This document shows, piece after piece, positions 24,126 to 37,839 of a stretch of 64,000 bases of DNA. The first letter of the stretch is position 1. The number at the start of each line of letters is the position of its first letter. Both the position numbers and the translations under genes were made by a program. Origin of the DNA: Paraphysomonas bandaiensis (Eukaryota > Protista > Chrysophyceae); contig CBFFRP010000378.1 of NCBI GenBank assembly GCA_965644295.1, positions 451,821 through 515,820 on the forward strand, in the 5' to 3' direction. A model generated the notes under the pieces. It did not search any database, was not told where the DNA came from, and saw nothing but the letters and a program-made list of their open reading frames with translations.

Positions 24126-25695
24126 TCAATCCTTCTTCGCTTTGAAAGACCATTTATCTTTGCTTACATCTGTCACATACAACGGGGTCCAGTGTAGCTT
24201 GGAGGGGTCTACCAAAAGTCCTTTCACTGGATATTTTTCCATAAGTTCGTCTATGAGGTTGGGTGGGGCATAAATTATGTATGTCCCGCTGATGTTACGC
24301 AGAAGGTTGAGATGCTGCAAAGTTGAGATGATATCCTCTGAAACGATAGAGGTGAGCTTCGACAGGTCCATTATTGATAGGCTTGAACTCGTGAAGTGTT
24401 TCAGGATAGTAAGTATAGTACTCGCCCAATATGATCGGTAACTAACAGCGCCAAGATCAGACAGAGGTTTCTCTGGAGACCCTACCTTCTCCTCCTTCTT
24501 CGATAGCTCGTAGCTGAAAGCGATAAGGAATCGCCCATAGCCCTTCCTTTGCGCGAAAGGGAAGGTGAGGATACAAGCAAGGTTAAACCCTAAATCAGAA
24601 AACCTACGTAGCAGACACCGATTACAAGTATTCCTACATATTGCCCAAGGGACTTACTTTTCCTTGCTAAAGTAGCCCACAGGGTGGTAACCCTTCTCAT
24701 CTCGAGAGCAGAGAACATAGAAGAGAAAAGGATCAACGTCATAGTAGAGCGTCTTGTGATCAAGAAACAGCTTTGCGAAGTATGACAGGTTTTGGCAATA
24801 GTACCGCTCTACAGCCCCATCTACTTCGAACATAGATACTTCGGAGTCGCGGTATATTTCGTTTCCAGGGGGGCAGCGCATAAGCTGTGATTTCTGCTGG
24901 TACCATACTAGCTCCTCTTTATGCCGGAAAAAGCGGAATGAAAATTCACAAAAGTACAGAAACTCAACCGGGCCATCTGGGTAGAATTCCTTTGGGAATG
25001 GGGAGTAGTACCAGCATTCGATGACGTGCCGACCGAACTGCACGTTGCGGATATTTTTGACCTTCGTGATCTCTTCGTGCTCCTGAAGCTGGTGTTCGTC
25101 CATTCCCTCATGTTCATCGTGCTCATTGTCGTGCACTGTGGTCACACCCATGTCCATATGATGGCCTGATCCATCATTGTCGTTATCAATAACAGACATT
25201 GAGGTCTCCGACTGTAGCTCCTCCACTGTCTCGGACCTCTCTTCTCCCTCTCCAGTACGACGACGCTTCAACAGTGGTTCCGTGCCCACGCCCCCAGAAT
25301 TAAGAGTTGTACTGTTATCTAAAAACTTTCTACGTTCCTTCATGATCACATTTGCTTCGGAGGGTAACTTTTCGATCCGCGAGGCATTAACCCACTCGTC
25401 CATACGCCGGTTGAAATCCTCATAGTGAACATAGTACTGTGCTTCGGATGCATCTTCTTTATTATTCGATTCTATGATCTAAAAATACATAAATATTAAC
25501 AGTGTGACACTCAATATATCTTTTTATTACCTTAGCTAAACGATGCGAATTATCGCGATATCTAACAACCAAAAAATGCCCTTTTCGAAGTGGATGTTCA
25601 TCTATATTCCTCGTAATAGTTTCAGTCTCTTCAACGGGTGCTGGGGCAGCTTTCTTTTTCGATTTCTGATTCTTTTTCTTCTTCGGTTGTGTCAT
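24126..25695 (-). CDS. MYST-family histone acetyltransferase (Esa1/MOF/KAT8-like) with Tudor-knot chromodomain
   Basis: YYVHYEDFNRRMDEWV, HEEITKVKNI, WYYSPFPKE, PPGNEIYR, CQNLSYFAKLFLDHKTLYYDVDPFLFYVL, GYFSKEK, NLACILTFPFAQRKGYGRFLI, GSPEKPLSDLG. Confidence 0.95.
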
Positions 25696-26722
25696 ATTAA
25701 TATATATTTACTGTTAATTCTTTTAATTAATGAAATAATTAACTAAATGACTAATAAGATGGATTTAAAACAGAGGTAAATGATTAAAAAAAACTGTATT
25801 GGAATATGCACGTTCAAAGGGGTTGGATATTAATGCACCCACAGTAGTGATGCAACGTCACTGTGTTAAAATGCATTCGTGTAATGCATTTAATTAATTT
25901 CAAAGTATTGAAACAAAACAACAGCACAGTACACAATATATACATACATGTATATAGTATGGACATTTTTAGAGGCATTGTGATAAAACATGTAAAATAT
26001 TTTACGTAAAATTAATTATTATATCAAAAAAGTGTTGTTTTGTGGAATACGCAATATGGAATACCGACACTGTACAACAGGAACGAAGTACATACAACAA
26101 GGAGACTTTTTTCGACAGAGCGGACCAGTCTGGTCCCACTTCATTTTTTTGTATTGTGTTTTTTCGTATGGAATGTGAGTGTAGAGCTTTGAAATTGTAG
26201 TCAAAATGAGTACAATTTTTTTATTTCGAGTGGGACCAAATAAAGTGGAGGGCTGGTCCACTTTGTCAAAAAACGTCTCCAAGTGAGAAAGTGGCCCAAA
26301 ATCCTGTAGTTTTATCAAGAAAACTCTGTTTCTACTCTAACGGTATGCGTATCGGCATCCTTCGTATATTCTCTAATATTGAGACAACAATTATCTGTAT
26401 TCTAGCCGTAGTTGTATATCAGTAATATAGAGGATTGTTGCTTCATTATATATCCGAAAAATAAGATGTACAGATATACGGTATACTGCTGTGTGAACTC
26501 ACTCTACGACGCGACGAACTGCTGTACATACCGTTTCATGTGTACATTATATATATAAATGAGCTTCCTGAAGTATGCAACACCTACACGACTAAGATCA
26601 TCACACCAAAAGAATCAATAGTATTTCTTCTATCCAGTGAATGCATAGGATGCCCACGGGGCCTGAAACATTGTAACAGTGCTGATAGAAAGTCGAATCC
26701 TCGAGCTGAAAAAGATAAACAC

Positions 26723-28904
26723 ATGCAAATTGAAAACAACAGAAATGTACACCATGTCGCCACCATGTGGGACCATCCACCTAACCAGTCTATCACATTA
26801 GTGCTACCGGATACATTACGGCCAAAATTCTATTTACCAGATAAATGTGGAAAACGACAGCGTAATGCAGCGAAAGAGATGCGGGATATGGAACGACACA
26901 AGTTTTTGAGTCAAAAAAATATAACAACAACCAAAAAACAAGGAAAGAAGGGGAAAGTGAAATCTGTATGTAGTGGCAAAAGGTCCTTGAATATAAATAA
27001 AGTGGAGAGGTAATGAAGTAATATGATATCTCGTAAGTGTAATATCCATTGATAGAGATGTCGAAGAAAGATTATTAAAGCCACTTCGTCGAAATAATGC
27101 GGCTATGAACGCATTTATGGAAAGGGTAAAGCGAATTAAAATGGGACGAAAGCAACAAAACATTAAATGCATGGTAGTTATCACAATGAATTGGTTGAGC
27201 ATGACAGTGTCTGTCAGGCCCTCTCTCCACCAGCTGTTCATACGTTGGAGAACACAAACCCCACATTTTCTGAATGCGAGATGGGAGCTCAGATATCTGA
27301 ATTTAGTGATGACACGTTTTTAGAACAACCATCTTCCGCCAGGCCCTTGTTGATTAGAGTAGGTTGTTTGCCATGCTATATTATGGTTAATTGACTCCCA
27401 TGTAGGCACAATCCAACGTATCTAACAACAGAAATCTCGCGGCATCTCATTGGCTTACTATGATAGCGATCATTCAACGGCATCTTCATCTAAATGGTGT
27501 CCTTCTTGATCGTCGCATTCAATTCCAGCGGGAACAGGTCCAGTGAGTACTGATGTACTTCTTGTATTAAGTTCTTAAGATATTTGTATTTCAGATTGAA
27601 TGGGGCGTTGACCATTCAGAGGATGTGGCGGAAATCTGAGTACGCCCAGAATATGTCGGTGTTGGTCAAGCACTTTCTAAATTCTCAGGGTCGTAGTCAT
27701 GGACGCGCAATTTATCGAGCTCGACAAGACGCTGCCGATGTCTTGATAAACTACTTGTCCACAAACAACAATTTCAAATCCACTATGCGGGCGTTTTACA
27801 AGTTCGTAGTATATATTCTATACCCGCATACCTGAAATGTGTTATTCATAGGAAAGTAATATACTGTCAGAAAATGATCCGCGTGCACCAAAGGGTCTCG
27901 GCTGTTCGTAGGGATCTTTTGGGGAAAGTCTTTGATCGTGCCCTATCGTTGATTTTATACCACATTGGACATATACTCTCAGGCAAGTCTTCACGCAACC
28001 TAGATGTGAGCCCAATGGACAAGCTTCTCCACCACAATGATCCCTTGGTCGTTCGCAACATTCTAACATCAGATTTTCGGAACCATCTACAGTACCTTAG
28101 CAGCAATAATTCGAACATTACTCAAGCGTTTAGAGTAGCCCACCGAGAGTTCGTCAGTGGAAAATGGGCCCCACAATCTAAAGAGAGAGAAAGAGCTATC
28201 AGAGAGCTTCTTAAAATATCACGACGACGACATAAAGTGACCATTCAGATTGAGTACAATAGAAGGTGGAGTGCTGTCTGATGCTTTGTTCTGATTAATG
28301 TTTTATCGTTAGTTTGCGCGTACCAAATGTGTCTGAGGAAGAGGTTTTAGCGTACATTCATGGGGGAGAGGACCCACTAAGCTACCATATAGAAAAGCTT
28401 GACGAAGTTTATAGACTTCCGGGTAAACATCTTAGACGCCACATCATTCCACCGCCGATGCTCATGCTTCGCCCACTGACTAGTTTGGATCTTCTGCAAG
28501 CAGTTGTCAGTGTAGTATTACGAGAGTATGATATCAAAAGAGACCGTGTAAAGGCATCTATGGAGAATGCTCACAAACAACGCATGAAGGCTGAGGCCAT
28601 ATTGGCGGGAAACATACGTAGTAGCAACACCAAAGGCATAGGTATCAATAGGACGGTCTCTACCATCACTGGTGATGAGCTTACCCGGGCAGCAAGCCCT
28701 ACTTTGACACGAAACTTCGAGAGAAGTGTCACTATGGACAGTGACCCCGCAACCCAGCAAAGAGTTAGGGATTCGATTGTTTGTCATCCTGAAGTCACGA
28801 TTCGAGAGACGGTCATTCCTTCCACCCCACCATTGTCTATTAAGCCATCTTCCAAACCACCTCAATCACGACGACTTTTTGTTACGGAATTTCTCCAAAT
28901 CTAG
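26723..28904 (+). CDS. Hypothetical multi-exon protein with IQ-like motif
   Basis: Chain of + strand ORFs separated by short GT-AG introns; ALTIQRMWRKSE is IQ-like. Start and exon structure uncertain. Confidence 0.5.
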
Positions 28905-29639
28905 AACATATCTTGTATTGTTGCATTTTACGAGAGCACAATAGTTGTGCGTGTAGTTTTATGTTCATGTAGCACATCTGTAAACAGCTAACCTGTTTAC
29001 AGGTAGGTTCTCGTTTAGCGGTATACCATGTTTTATTCATACTTTTGCTTGTGTAGCAACAAATAATTGTAAGTCATGATTTCACACTTTCAATATTAAT
29101 GATTAATGATATATGATCAGTAGAATTAGAAACTATACAATAATATGCCATAATAGAAATTTAGAGTAAGACGAGGAGAGGAAGGAGGCTCAGTGTTTCA
29201 ATCATAAAACTTACTACTAATTAAGAAATCCAAACAAGCACCCTTATAGCAGGTTTATAAAAATATGTGGTTTATATGAATATATGGATGAACATTAACT
29301 ATAATAATATAAATGTAGATAGTTGAAGAGGATAAGTAGTGTAGTTAGTAGTCTTAGATAGATAAGATGAAATGAAAATCATTTTCATCTGTTTGAGTCA
29401 GGTTTCTTGCACAAAACTTCAAGAAACCACACCGATGTTCACAACGTATCAACGTATCAATGAGCAAGCCAATTAATTTATTTTCTACAGACTAAGGCAT
29501 CTACTCCTTGTAGTCAGATTATCATAGCTTTACGAGTAATTTACTGCTTAGATTTCATCCAAATTAAAATTGTTTTGTGATATTGTTGTAATATATTTCA
29601 ATATATTGCATGTGCTTTTCTAGATATAAATTTAGTTAT

Positions 29640-29759
29640 ATTTAACCACGGGCAATAAGGAGGCTATATCGTCCCGCGCTCAAAATTTTGAAACGAGGGC
29701 AAAAAGCCCGAGTTTTAAAATTTAGACAAGGGACGATACTCCTTATCCCTAGGTTAAAT
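29640..29759. mobile_element. Small hairpin MITE-like element (related end at ~38325-38370)
   Basis: Imperfect inverted ends ATTTAACC.CGGG.AATAAGGAG...TATCGTCCC / GGGACGATA.CTCCTTATCCCTAGGTTAAAT. Confidence 0.6.
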
Positions 29760-30235
29760 TGTAGCTTATCCTCATGACGTTGAAAAGTTAATATTAGATT
29801 GTATAGCTATTTGTAGCATGCTTGCTGTATTAAGAAATAGATGTTCCTTGATTAAATTAATAACACAAATGAGAACTCATATAGTTTCAAATGAATGATA
29901 TGTATACTGTAAGTGTGATGATAAATGTAAACAGTTGAAGATGACAGAGAGGCTTCTTATTGCCTTAATTAGCATCATCATCACATTTATATACAGCAGG
30001 TTTACCTCTGCAAGTGCACCTTATCGAAGGATGTGTGTATGATATGAGACACACAATATCCTGAGAAGCATGATATGGCTCCAACCCTGAAAGAACTGGG
30101 TGCCACTGCTCCTAACCACCTATATAGCATCAGATATGGTAAACTCTCCTGTAATATTCTTGAAGTTGTTTCGAAGTCCTGGATATGAAGACAGATCACT
30201 TGCACTGACATCGTTGTGATCTTCTACAGCAGTCG

Positions 30236-30990
30236 AAAGATGGAATATAACCTGGAGTGTTAGATGATCTGCTCTTGATATTTGGCTCATGATTGTGGTT
30301 TCTCTATAATTGTGTACTATAATAAAATCACGTACATTCGACTGTCATTATCATAATGAAGATAGAAGGGAGCTTCTGTTCAACCGAATATTGAAGTTGA
30401 ATGTCTATATTTGCCCGGTGCTGATATGAGCCCAAATCAGGTCAAAAAAAAGCATTTTTTGAGACAAAATGGGGATAAAAATATATGCTATCAACCATTG
30501 ATATTGTGACACTAGGGTCTCTAAGTCTGATTCATCTAGACCAAATGCAACACCAATAGCTCTTATTTGATCTTCACTAGCATTGGCAATTGAAGGATCA
30601 TGTCCTCCTAGTATTAATCTTGAGGTCCTTCTTACTGACTCCAAATTAGAAGTAGGATCTTGTACTCTATCAATCACCTCCTCATCCATAATCCATAGTA
30701 ATAATCAATATAATTGAATAACAATAAATAAGTCTACAACTACAATACTATCTACAAGCAACTTCCAGAGTGAATACTTATTTTATTATCAATAATTCAT
30801 ATATGTCTACCTACGATTCCGTGATCAATGGAATGACCATCATTCATATTTAATACCATACACATCAATCTAATATAGTGAATCACAATAACTCATCATC
30901 AATGTATACGGGATGATACATTCAGGATTCTCATTGTAGTTGAACCTTGTATACGTACTTCCAAGCACAGTCAATAAACAATAAGCACTG
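30236..30990. repeat. Decayed dispersed repeat family (30236-30480 resembles 38380-38640; 30730-30990 resembles 52395-52660)
   Basis: Long near-identical blocks such as GATGGAATATAAC.TGGAGTGTT.GATGATC and CTACCTACGATTCCGTGATCAATGGAATGACCATCATTCA. Confidence 0.75.
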
Positions 30991-32170
30991 AAAGAACTAC
31001 GTAAAGTACAACTATATTACTGGATAATCTGGCAATACACGTCTATCAGCGTGGATATCAAAGCAACCCGGAATTCTTCAGTAAACTTCTCCAGCCTTAA
31101 GCATCAATATATATATAATGTAAGCAACTGAACTCTAACATCACACTATATTCAATTCATTAAAAAAATATGATAACCACTTTCAATATTAATCGCAACT
31201 TGCTAAACTGATTAGCTGCACGATTACCAACCAATAGATAGTTTTCATAGACAGTCATAAACTTCATAGCACTTCATTAAATTCGTATAGTACTTCATTT
31301 GACCACTGTATTCTTCACCAACAGTTAAAATTCAAAAACCGTAAACTGTAGCAATAACTCAGAGCAAAACTTAACGCTCCCTCGCACCACGAGACAAAAA
31401 AACTTACGCAACCACCAAAAATTACAGCTAGTGGATGTAAGACTCTGAAATTACAGCCAGTTTCACCACATTCATCACTCTTACGCCGTTACACGCCATA
31501 TTATCTACTTACTTCCTTCGACCTTTTCTGCTTCTCATCCAGACAGGAGGGCCCCTTTATGGTTCCTTCATATGCTTCAGATGACACCACCATCACTACC
31601 CCCCCCTCTTTGTGTCCTTCACATCTTCATCAATACAACACCCATACAGCCACTACAGGAGGTGCCACCCAAAGGAAGTCCCCCTGTCGGAACAGTTGTA
31701 CTATGGTGGTTGTAGCAACATAAAACCAGTCACATAGTGGTACATGAAAGTTACATATATAAAAGTAAAAAATCTTGAGCCGACATACGATGCGTAAGAT
31801 ATGAATGCATGTGTATCTGTAGAGGTCGCATTGAGTGCATAGACACTGGTATTCATTGTATATAATCAGTCTGTATATATCACAAGGCAATAAAATCCTA
31901 CCTTTTTCGAAAAATCTCAAATGATATGCAGTAAAACCCATCACACAGAGCTCAAAAATAAATCAAAAATTTGATCATGGAATGTATTTTTGTGCCCTTC
32001 GTTGTGCCCAATGATTTGTCACGAAGGTTTGTTACACCCATGCGTATGTTGCTATATTGGTATACTGGACCGTCCCAGTGGTACGACGATAACATAATAT
32101 AGTTCCAATAAGAGTTAGTATATAATATAGTCATTGGATAGCAGTGCTGTTGCCTGGATACATATCGCAT

Positions 32171-33157
32171 ATGGCGCTTAGAAGAGTTATTATAAGTGCC
32201 TGTCTTCTCATTGTCTTATTGCTGTTGGATTTATGCATGTGTCAATTGCCTCATAATATAGTTGCAGTGAGTGGACACAAAACAGGCACGGTTATGATGG
32301 GATCTATATTTAGAGGAATAGCCGAGAGATATAACGTAAGCACTAGCTTATTACATCGCTGGCGACCTCATATGGCAAAATCGAATCGAATTTATCGCAC
32401 ATGGAAGTTCACCGACATTGTTAAATATGCACCGTATTTAGGAAAGTTTAAGGCCATAATAGTCACACGTCATCCACTTGATATATTTATATCAGCTCAG
32501 CGTTATCACCAAAAGTCAGATGAACCGTGGCTGCATAAGCGTCGAAGATTTTTACATGACAAAACTTATCAGCAGTATATGAACTTTATTTCTGATTCAG
32601 CTGGTATCCTTGTGGAGATGACATGCTCTCCAACAGTGTATGACATGATATCGACTATATCGGAGACGAAGTACAACAAGGATATCCGTGTGTACCGATT
32701 AGATCATTTTCGCACTAAGTATGAAGAGACCTGTCGAAGCTTATCCAGGCATTTGCAGTTGGACGAGAATATCCTATTAGAGACTGCCCAGCCATTTTCA
32801 TATGAGAAATTTGTGCACTCCGACCATTCTTCTGTTGATGCCACGGCTGCCTTGCAAAGAAAGGATAAGCCGTACGAATTCGACTCAAAGCTGGAGTGTA
32901 TACATTACAATCACTATGAAGCTATATACGGGTTGCGTTCGCTCTGTGCGGCTGGTTATGGTGAAACTACGGAGCAATTTATCATCAACCAGCGCGAGGC
33001 CTGTAAAGGGAAGCCAGAGGAAGTTGTGTCATATATAAAGCGTGATTGTGAGTGCTACAACTCTTCGGGTTTTATACATGCATATGCAGGATGCAGGTAC
33101 AAAGAACCAAAAAACTTCTACTACGATTCGACTAAGCCAATTGCCAAACAGAATTAG
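32171..33157 (+). CDS. Membrane-anchored or secreted PAPS-dependent sulfotransferase-like protein, intronless
   Basis: N-terminal hydrophobic segment (VIISACLLIVLLLL), 5'-PSB-like VSGHKTGTVMM, 3'-PB-like IVTRHPLDIFISAQRYH. Confidence 0.7.
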   Translation: MALRRVIISACLLIVLLLLDLCMCQLPHNIVAVSGHKTGTVMMGSIFRGIAERYNVSTSLLHRWRPHMAKSNRIYRTWKFTDIVKYAPYLGKFKAIIVTRHPLDIFISAQRYHQKSDEPWLHKRRRFLHDKTYQQYMNFISDSAGILVEMTCSPTVYDMISTISETKYNKDIRVYRLDHFRTKYEETCRSLSRHLQLDENILLETAQPFSYEKFVHSDHSSVDATAALQRKDKPYEFDSKLECIHYNHYEAIYGLRSLCAAGYGETTEQFIINQREACKGKPEEVVSYIKRDCECYNSSGFIHAYAGCRYKEPKNFYYDSTKPIAKQN

Positions 33158-33645
33158 CACATACTGTTGAATCTGTATCGTATATGTTAGTGAATATATA
33201 GCAGGACTTTGTGTATTTTTTTCCACTGTAGACGGGTATGGGTGTAACGTTCAATTTTGAGCCGACGTAAAAATGCGGTGTGTAAAGTAAACGTGAGTAT
33301 GCCTGTCAAGTTGCTGTTGCTATCTGGAAGTGACATTAGAAAATATATCATGTGACAACTTCTAGTGTAGCAGGTAAAGTGGTAATTAGCTGATAATGAA
33401 ATGGACTACAGTCACAATTGTGTTGCACACAAAGTAGCTTTACTCAATTCTCGATTCTTGCAGCTGAAAACCAACGAACATGTGATATTTTGTAGGATGT
33501 GTATATATTATGCATTACGTCTTCTGTTGGAGTGCGTGACGTTGTATACAGTTGTTATCTATATATATCAGTAAGTCGAATTATTAGTAGGAATTTACCA
33601 TTATCTAACGATACAAGCGATGAGCGCATACCGCATACCAACACA

Positions 33646-33795
33646 CAGGGCCTGGCAACTGGTAACCATTAATGGCCCATTTATGGTAGTCCATTTCCCG
33701 GCAATTATAAAGACATTAATAAAAAATGTCCCGGCAATTATAATGGCATTACCATAAATGGCCCATTAATGCCATTACCATTAATTGTTACCTAA
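33646..33795. mobile_element. Partial hAT-type non-autonomous element (same family as 45532-46249)
   Basis: Starts CAGGGCCTGG and carries CCATTAATGG subterminal repeats; no right TIR found. Confidence 0.6.
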
Positions 33796-35228
33796 AATAT
33801 CACTGTTTTGATACTAGAGTATCCTGTTTTCAACAGAAAATTAAATTTAGTTATGACGTACCTAGTTACTAGATACAATACAGAATAGAATTAACTGCAG
33901 ATTTGACAAGAGAAAACAAGATGTGTGTTAATCATATATAGATAGATATATGTGTGTCGTGTGAATAACTTGTTGGAACACATGATACTCTAAGATAGCG
34001 CCGTATTGAAATACTGTATTACTATGTAACTTTAACGCTGAAGTTATTTTTAAGTAATGGTTGTTATTAAAAGGGGAAAGAAAAATCGCTGGTAGTTTGG
34101 GTGTTTTTTTCACGAGCAATTATTTTCTATCTAGTCAGACAGACCCCAATAATTTTGACTTATACTGCATACGTATTTTCACAGTGAAAATTATAAGTTA
34201 ATGCATGTAGCACCAAATTTACTCCATCTATTCAATGTTGACGCCAACACAGACAAGATGGCAAAATAAATTGAAGTTCTTTCTTTTTTTGCTTCGTATT
34301 GGCACCCCGTGAACAGATGACTTAAAGTTATAGAAGAGGTTTAAAATAGAAAATACAAAGACGATTAATTATACTAAAATAATTTTTAGTATTACCCTTT
34401 GATGATAAATTAGAAAATTTAAGGAGTATATTACTATATCAAGCTTACTAAATATTACTTTTCTTTCAAATTTATTACCAAAGAGACAACCTAGTTTTCT
34501 TACATATGCGTAATAGATGCCTTAAAATTTGAGTAGAAAACAATGCTCTTACCTATTTAAGTGGTTTATAATCTCATCAAGTCCATGGGATTATTCAGAA
34601 TTCTCACATGTTAGCTAAACATGTAAAGAAAAGAAAAAAGAACAGCTGGTAGTTCACGGTCATTAGCCCAATGTTACAGAACGTTTACGTGCTGGCGCGG
34701 AAGAGCAGTCCAATGAGAATGGTGCATAGTTACACCTATGGTCAAATAGCATATCAGCATTTCATTGTGTGCAACTCATATGCATGTACACAAGCACTAT
34801 AACTTAGATAATGTACTACAAAATCCATTACACTACATGATTCTTCCGCTCCGCAGTTATGATACCGATATATTGAGTAGTTCCAGTGTTCGTTAAAATA
34901 CCCTCCACCCTGTTATTGGATAGAGTGTATGTATCCAGATATCCATATCCATATCCATATAAAAATCACCCTTTTTGTGAAATAGAGTCATCAAAAAACT
35001 GTTTTTTGCCTGATCGACAGTGTATTCCCACTCACACAGAATACGGAATAGTATCTAAGAATTCCTACAGTGTGTAGGTATGGATACTGCTGTACAGCAA
35101 GTATGCGGAACACTGGCCTCACTCTCCTCTTTTGTGTGAACTGTGAAGTCTCTATTGTAGTTTATTAGCGTCTACAGCAGTGTATTAGAGCAGCATATAT
35201 ATACACCTCCTGCTCCACCTCTCATTGA

Positions 35229-36836
35229 ATGTCTACCTCTGGAAACAATCAAACCGATCACCTTACTCACCTAGCGCAGATAGCTGCGGGGTTTGCTGGT
35301 CAGCCAGTGCCCTCTGTCCATGCTCTTAAGTCTCTGTTAAAGCCCTCTGACACACCCATAGATTCTCAAACCTTATCAGATGTACGGGACGGGTCTACAC
35401 AGACTATAACAAGTCTACGTGATGCATCTGTGCAGACGGGGGGATCCACAGGGCAAGGAACAGGTACAGATGTACCTATGGCCCCTCATCACTCTCCCGA
35501 CGCTGAGGTATTGGATCTCATGTATGGACCCTGGTGTAGACTGTGAATATGATTGTTTCAGGGTTTTCTAGAGAGAGTTAAGGCAACAGTAGGGGAAGAC
35601 AACTACCGTCAGTTCATAGATATAATGTCTGATATTCGTGTGAATTTCGTGAACCATCGAAAAGATCTTGTCATGGAGGTAGGATTTTAAATTGCTTTTG
35701 GTGCTGTGCTATTATGCACAATGCTATTATGATTGATACTTATAGCGCGGGTAATATGGTATGTACAGAAATTGGATACTGTGAAGGCTATGCTCACCCA
35801 TGAGAGTCCTACACTTCGAATGGAACTGGATGATTACTTTCCCGTGTTGCATGCCTTTAAATCCCGCCATGAGTTGGAGCAGCAAACATTTGAACGAAGT
35901 CGTCTTCAATTTCAGCTCTGGAATCACAACCAAATGACCAGACAGCAGAGACATGATAGTAATTTATCGACAACAGAGAGAAGTAGTAGTGGAGAAAACG
36001 CCCGAGTGGGTGCAGAGTGGTGGATACGCGCTCTAGGACGCGTGAATAACGACCAATGGACAGCAAACAGTCGACCGTTTAATCCGTACGTTCATCCTGT
36101 TCCTTTCCCGGCGTACCAATCTCAACTGCAACAGTACCATCAACACTTGCATCAACTCCAGCAGCAAATACATCATGTGCCGTATTATTCGCCATATAGT
36201 TACGGACAGTCTGCCTTACCGATGTCGAGTGCCACAGACACTACCCGAAGGCACAAATCGCGCAGCAGAGCGTCTAAGAGATCTCCAGCGGACATATGCT
36301 CACCAGTGCCTGAGGAACAAGCCTCTAGTGCCGTATCTGCGCGTGTAGATAAACGGGCAAAGACGACTCAAAGCACATCAATCACCAGTGTGGACTCCCA
36401 GAAAAATAGTATTAGAACAAACCCCGTGTCCAATGTAAATGCTTTAGACCGCAGCTTTTCCTCCTCTCCCCAACAGATGGTAGCTGTGGAAAATACTGGT
36501 ACTAGCATGCACTTTCAGCATATTGAAAGCCCTGGATCTAGTGTGGTTGATGATATACAGCGACGTTCCGATACACCACCAAGCGTAGGGATCGGAGGGT
36601 TGTCCAGTGATTATAACTCAAGCGGATACTCTGTAGCGGTATCAAAGCCTGTTCATACACACAATGAAATGCCAGCTTCCCCCACCGACAGCTCCACTTT
36701 ATCCCTCCTCACTCTTCCTTCTACATGGACAGACGATATCGAGACTCGTCTACAATCAGGCGAGCGTTCTACTTACTCCCCACATCGTCAGCATGGCGAT
36801 ATGTATGCAAACACCAGTGATTTTCGTACTGTGTAG
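35229..36836 (+). CDS. PAH (paired amphipathic helix)-like domain protein with Q/H/S-rich disordered tail, 3 exons
   Basis: Spliced GFLERVKATVGEDNYRQFIDIMSDIR...KLDTVKAMLTHESPTLRMELDDYFP resembles the Sin3 PAH / harmonin-N pattern. Confidence 0.55.
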
Positions 36837-37082
36837 TGTCTCCATTGTGGTATCCAATATCAATGCATGTTTTTTGTATCTCCTTCATGGGATTTATTTC
36901 TTCATCTTTCGATTCACTATAGAGCAATTTTTTTGAGTTTACACTTTGTATTATTTGAATAAAAAATAGTAATGCAAAGAAGTTAATATGTGGCGAAAGT
37001 ACTTTTTCAGTGTTAATTATCGCTGCAGGATTTGAAGGCTGAAAGTCGTACTTTTCATCTTTTCATTGTATTGAAAGTCTTG

Positions 37083-37560
37083 TTATTAGCAATAGGCGTT
37101 AAAAACCTGCACCAACGTAGTAGCTAGATGAATGCTAGACAAACTAGTTAGACCTCTACCTGTAACTAATCAGTACACACTTTTTTATCCTACTATTTAA
37201 CGCTACGGAAGCTGCTTGTGCGTCGCCGCAAGCACCAAGGTGCGACTATTTCCGCTCTGAGTTCTTAAGGTGAACATCCCGGATGCTTGACTTCAGCTGG
37301 CAGCTCAATTCCCCGGTTACCCTTCAGGTAGGCCCTATCCTGGATGCCCTTGAGGTGGGCCCATTCCTGGATGCCTGTTTGTTCGCGAGTGGCCCAAGGA
37401 CATCTACACAAGTTGTGACACTTATTAGTGTCCCTTGTACCACACAAGCATTCGGCTATGAGTGGGCAGATCTATATATTGTACGTTTTAGTTTCCGGGA
37501 GAAATATCTCCGGTACTTATACCCCAGAACACCACGAAGAAGACTTTGTTGAGGGAACCT
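37083..37560 (-). mobile_element. SINE-like element sharing its 3' tail with the LINE at 48955
   Basis: 37083-37260 aligns with 48955-49120 (GCAATAGGCGTT.AAAACCTGCAC...CTTGTGCGTCGCCGCAAGCACCAAGGTGC); the body aligns with 37860-38250. Confidence 0.6.
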
Positions 37561-37839
37561 TTTCAGTGTCTTAATATCTTTAAGTATAGACAACAACATC
37601 ACCATAATCAACTGTTGTTTTTTCTTTCTCATTATTATTGTGTTGATGTTCCTTATATCTACTCAGCAGTATCATTTTCGAGTTAAGTGTTATTCTTGTT
37701 CTCTTATAGGCTTATAGGACAATTTAGCCCTGCAAAGCTCTGTTTGATTTCATTCAAAACCATGCACACAATAATACTGTTGATGATTCGTCCTATGTTT
37801 CAAAGTTTACTAGTATTGCAAGTCTCATTATTTCAGTGC

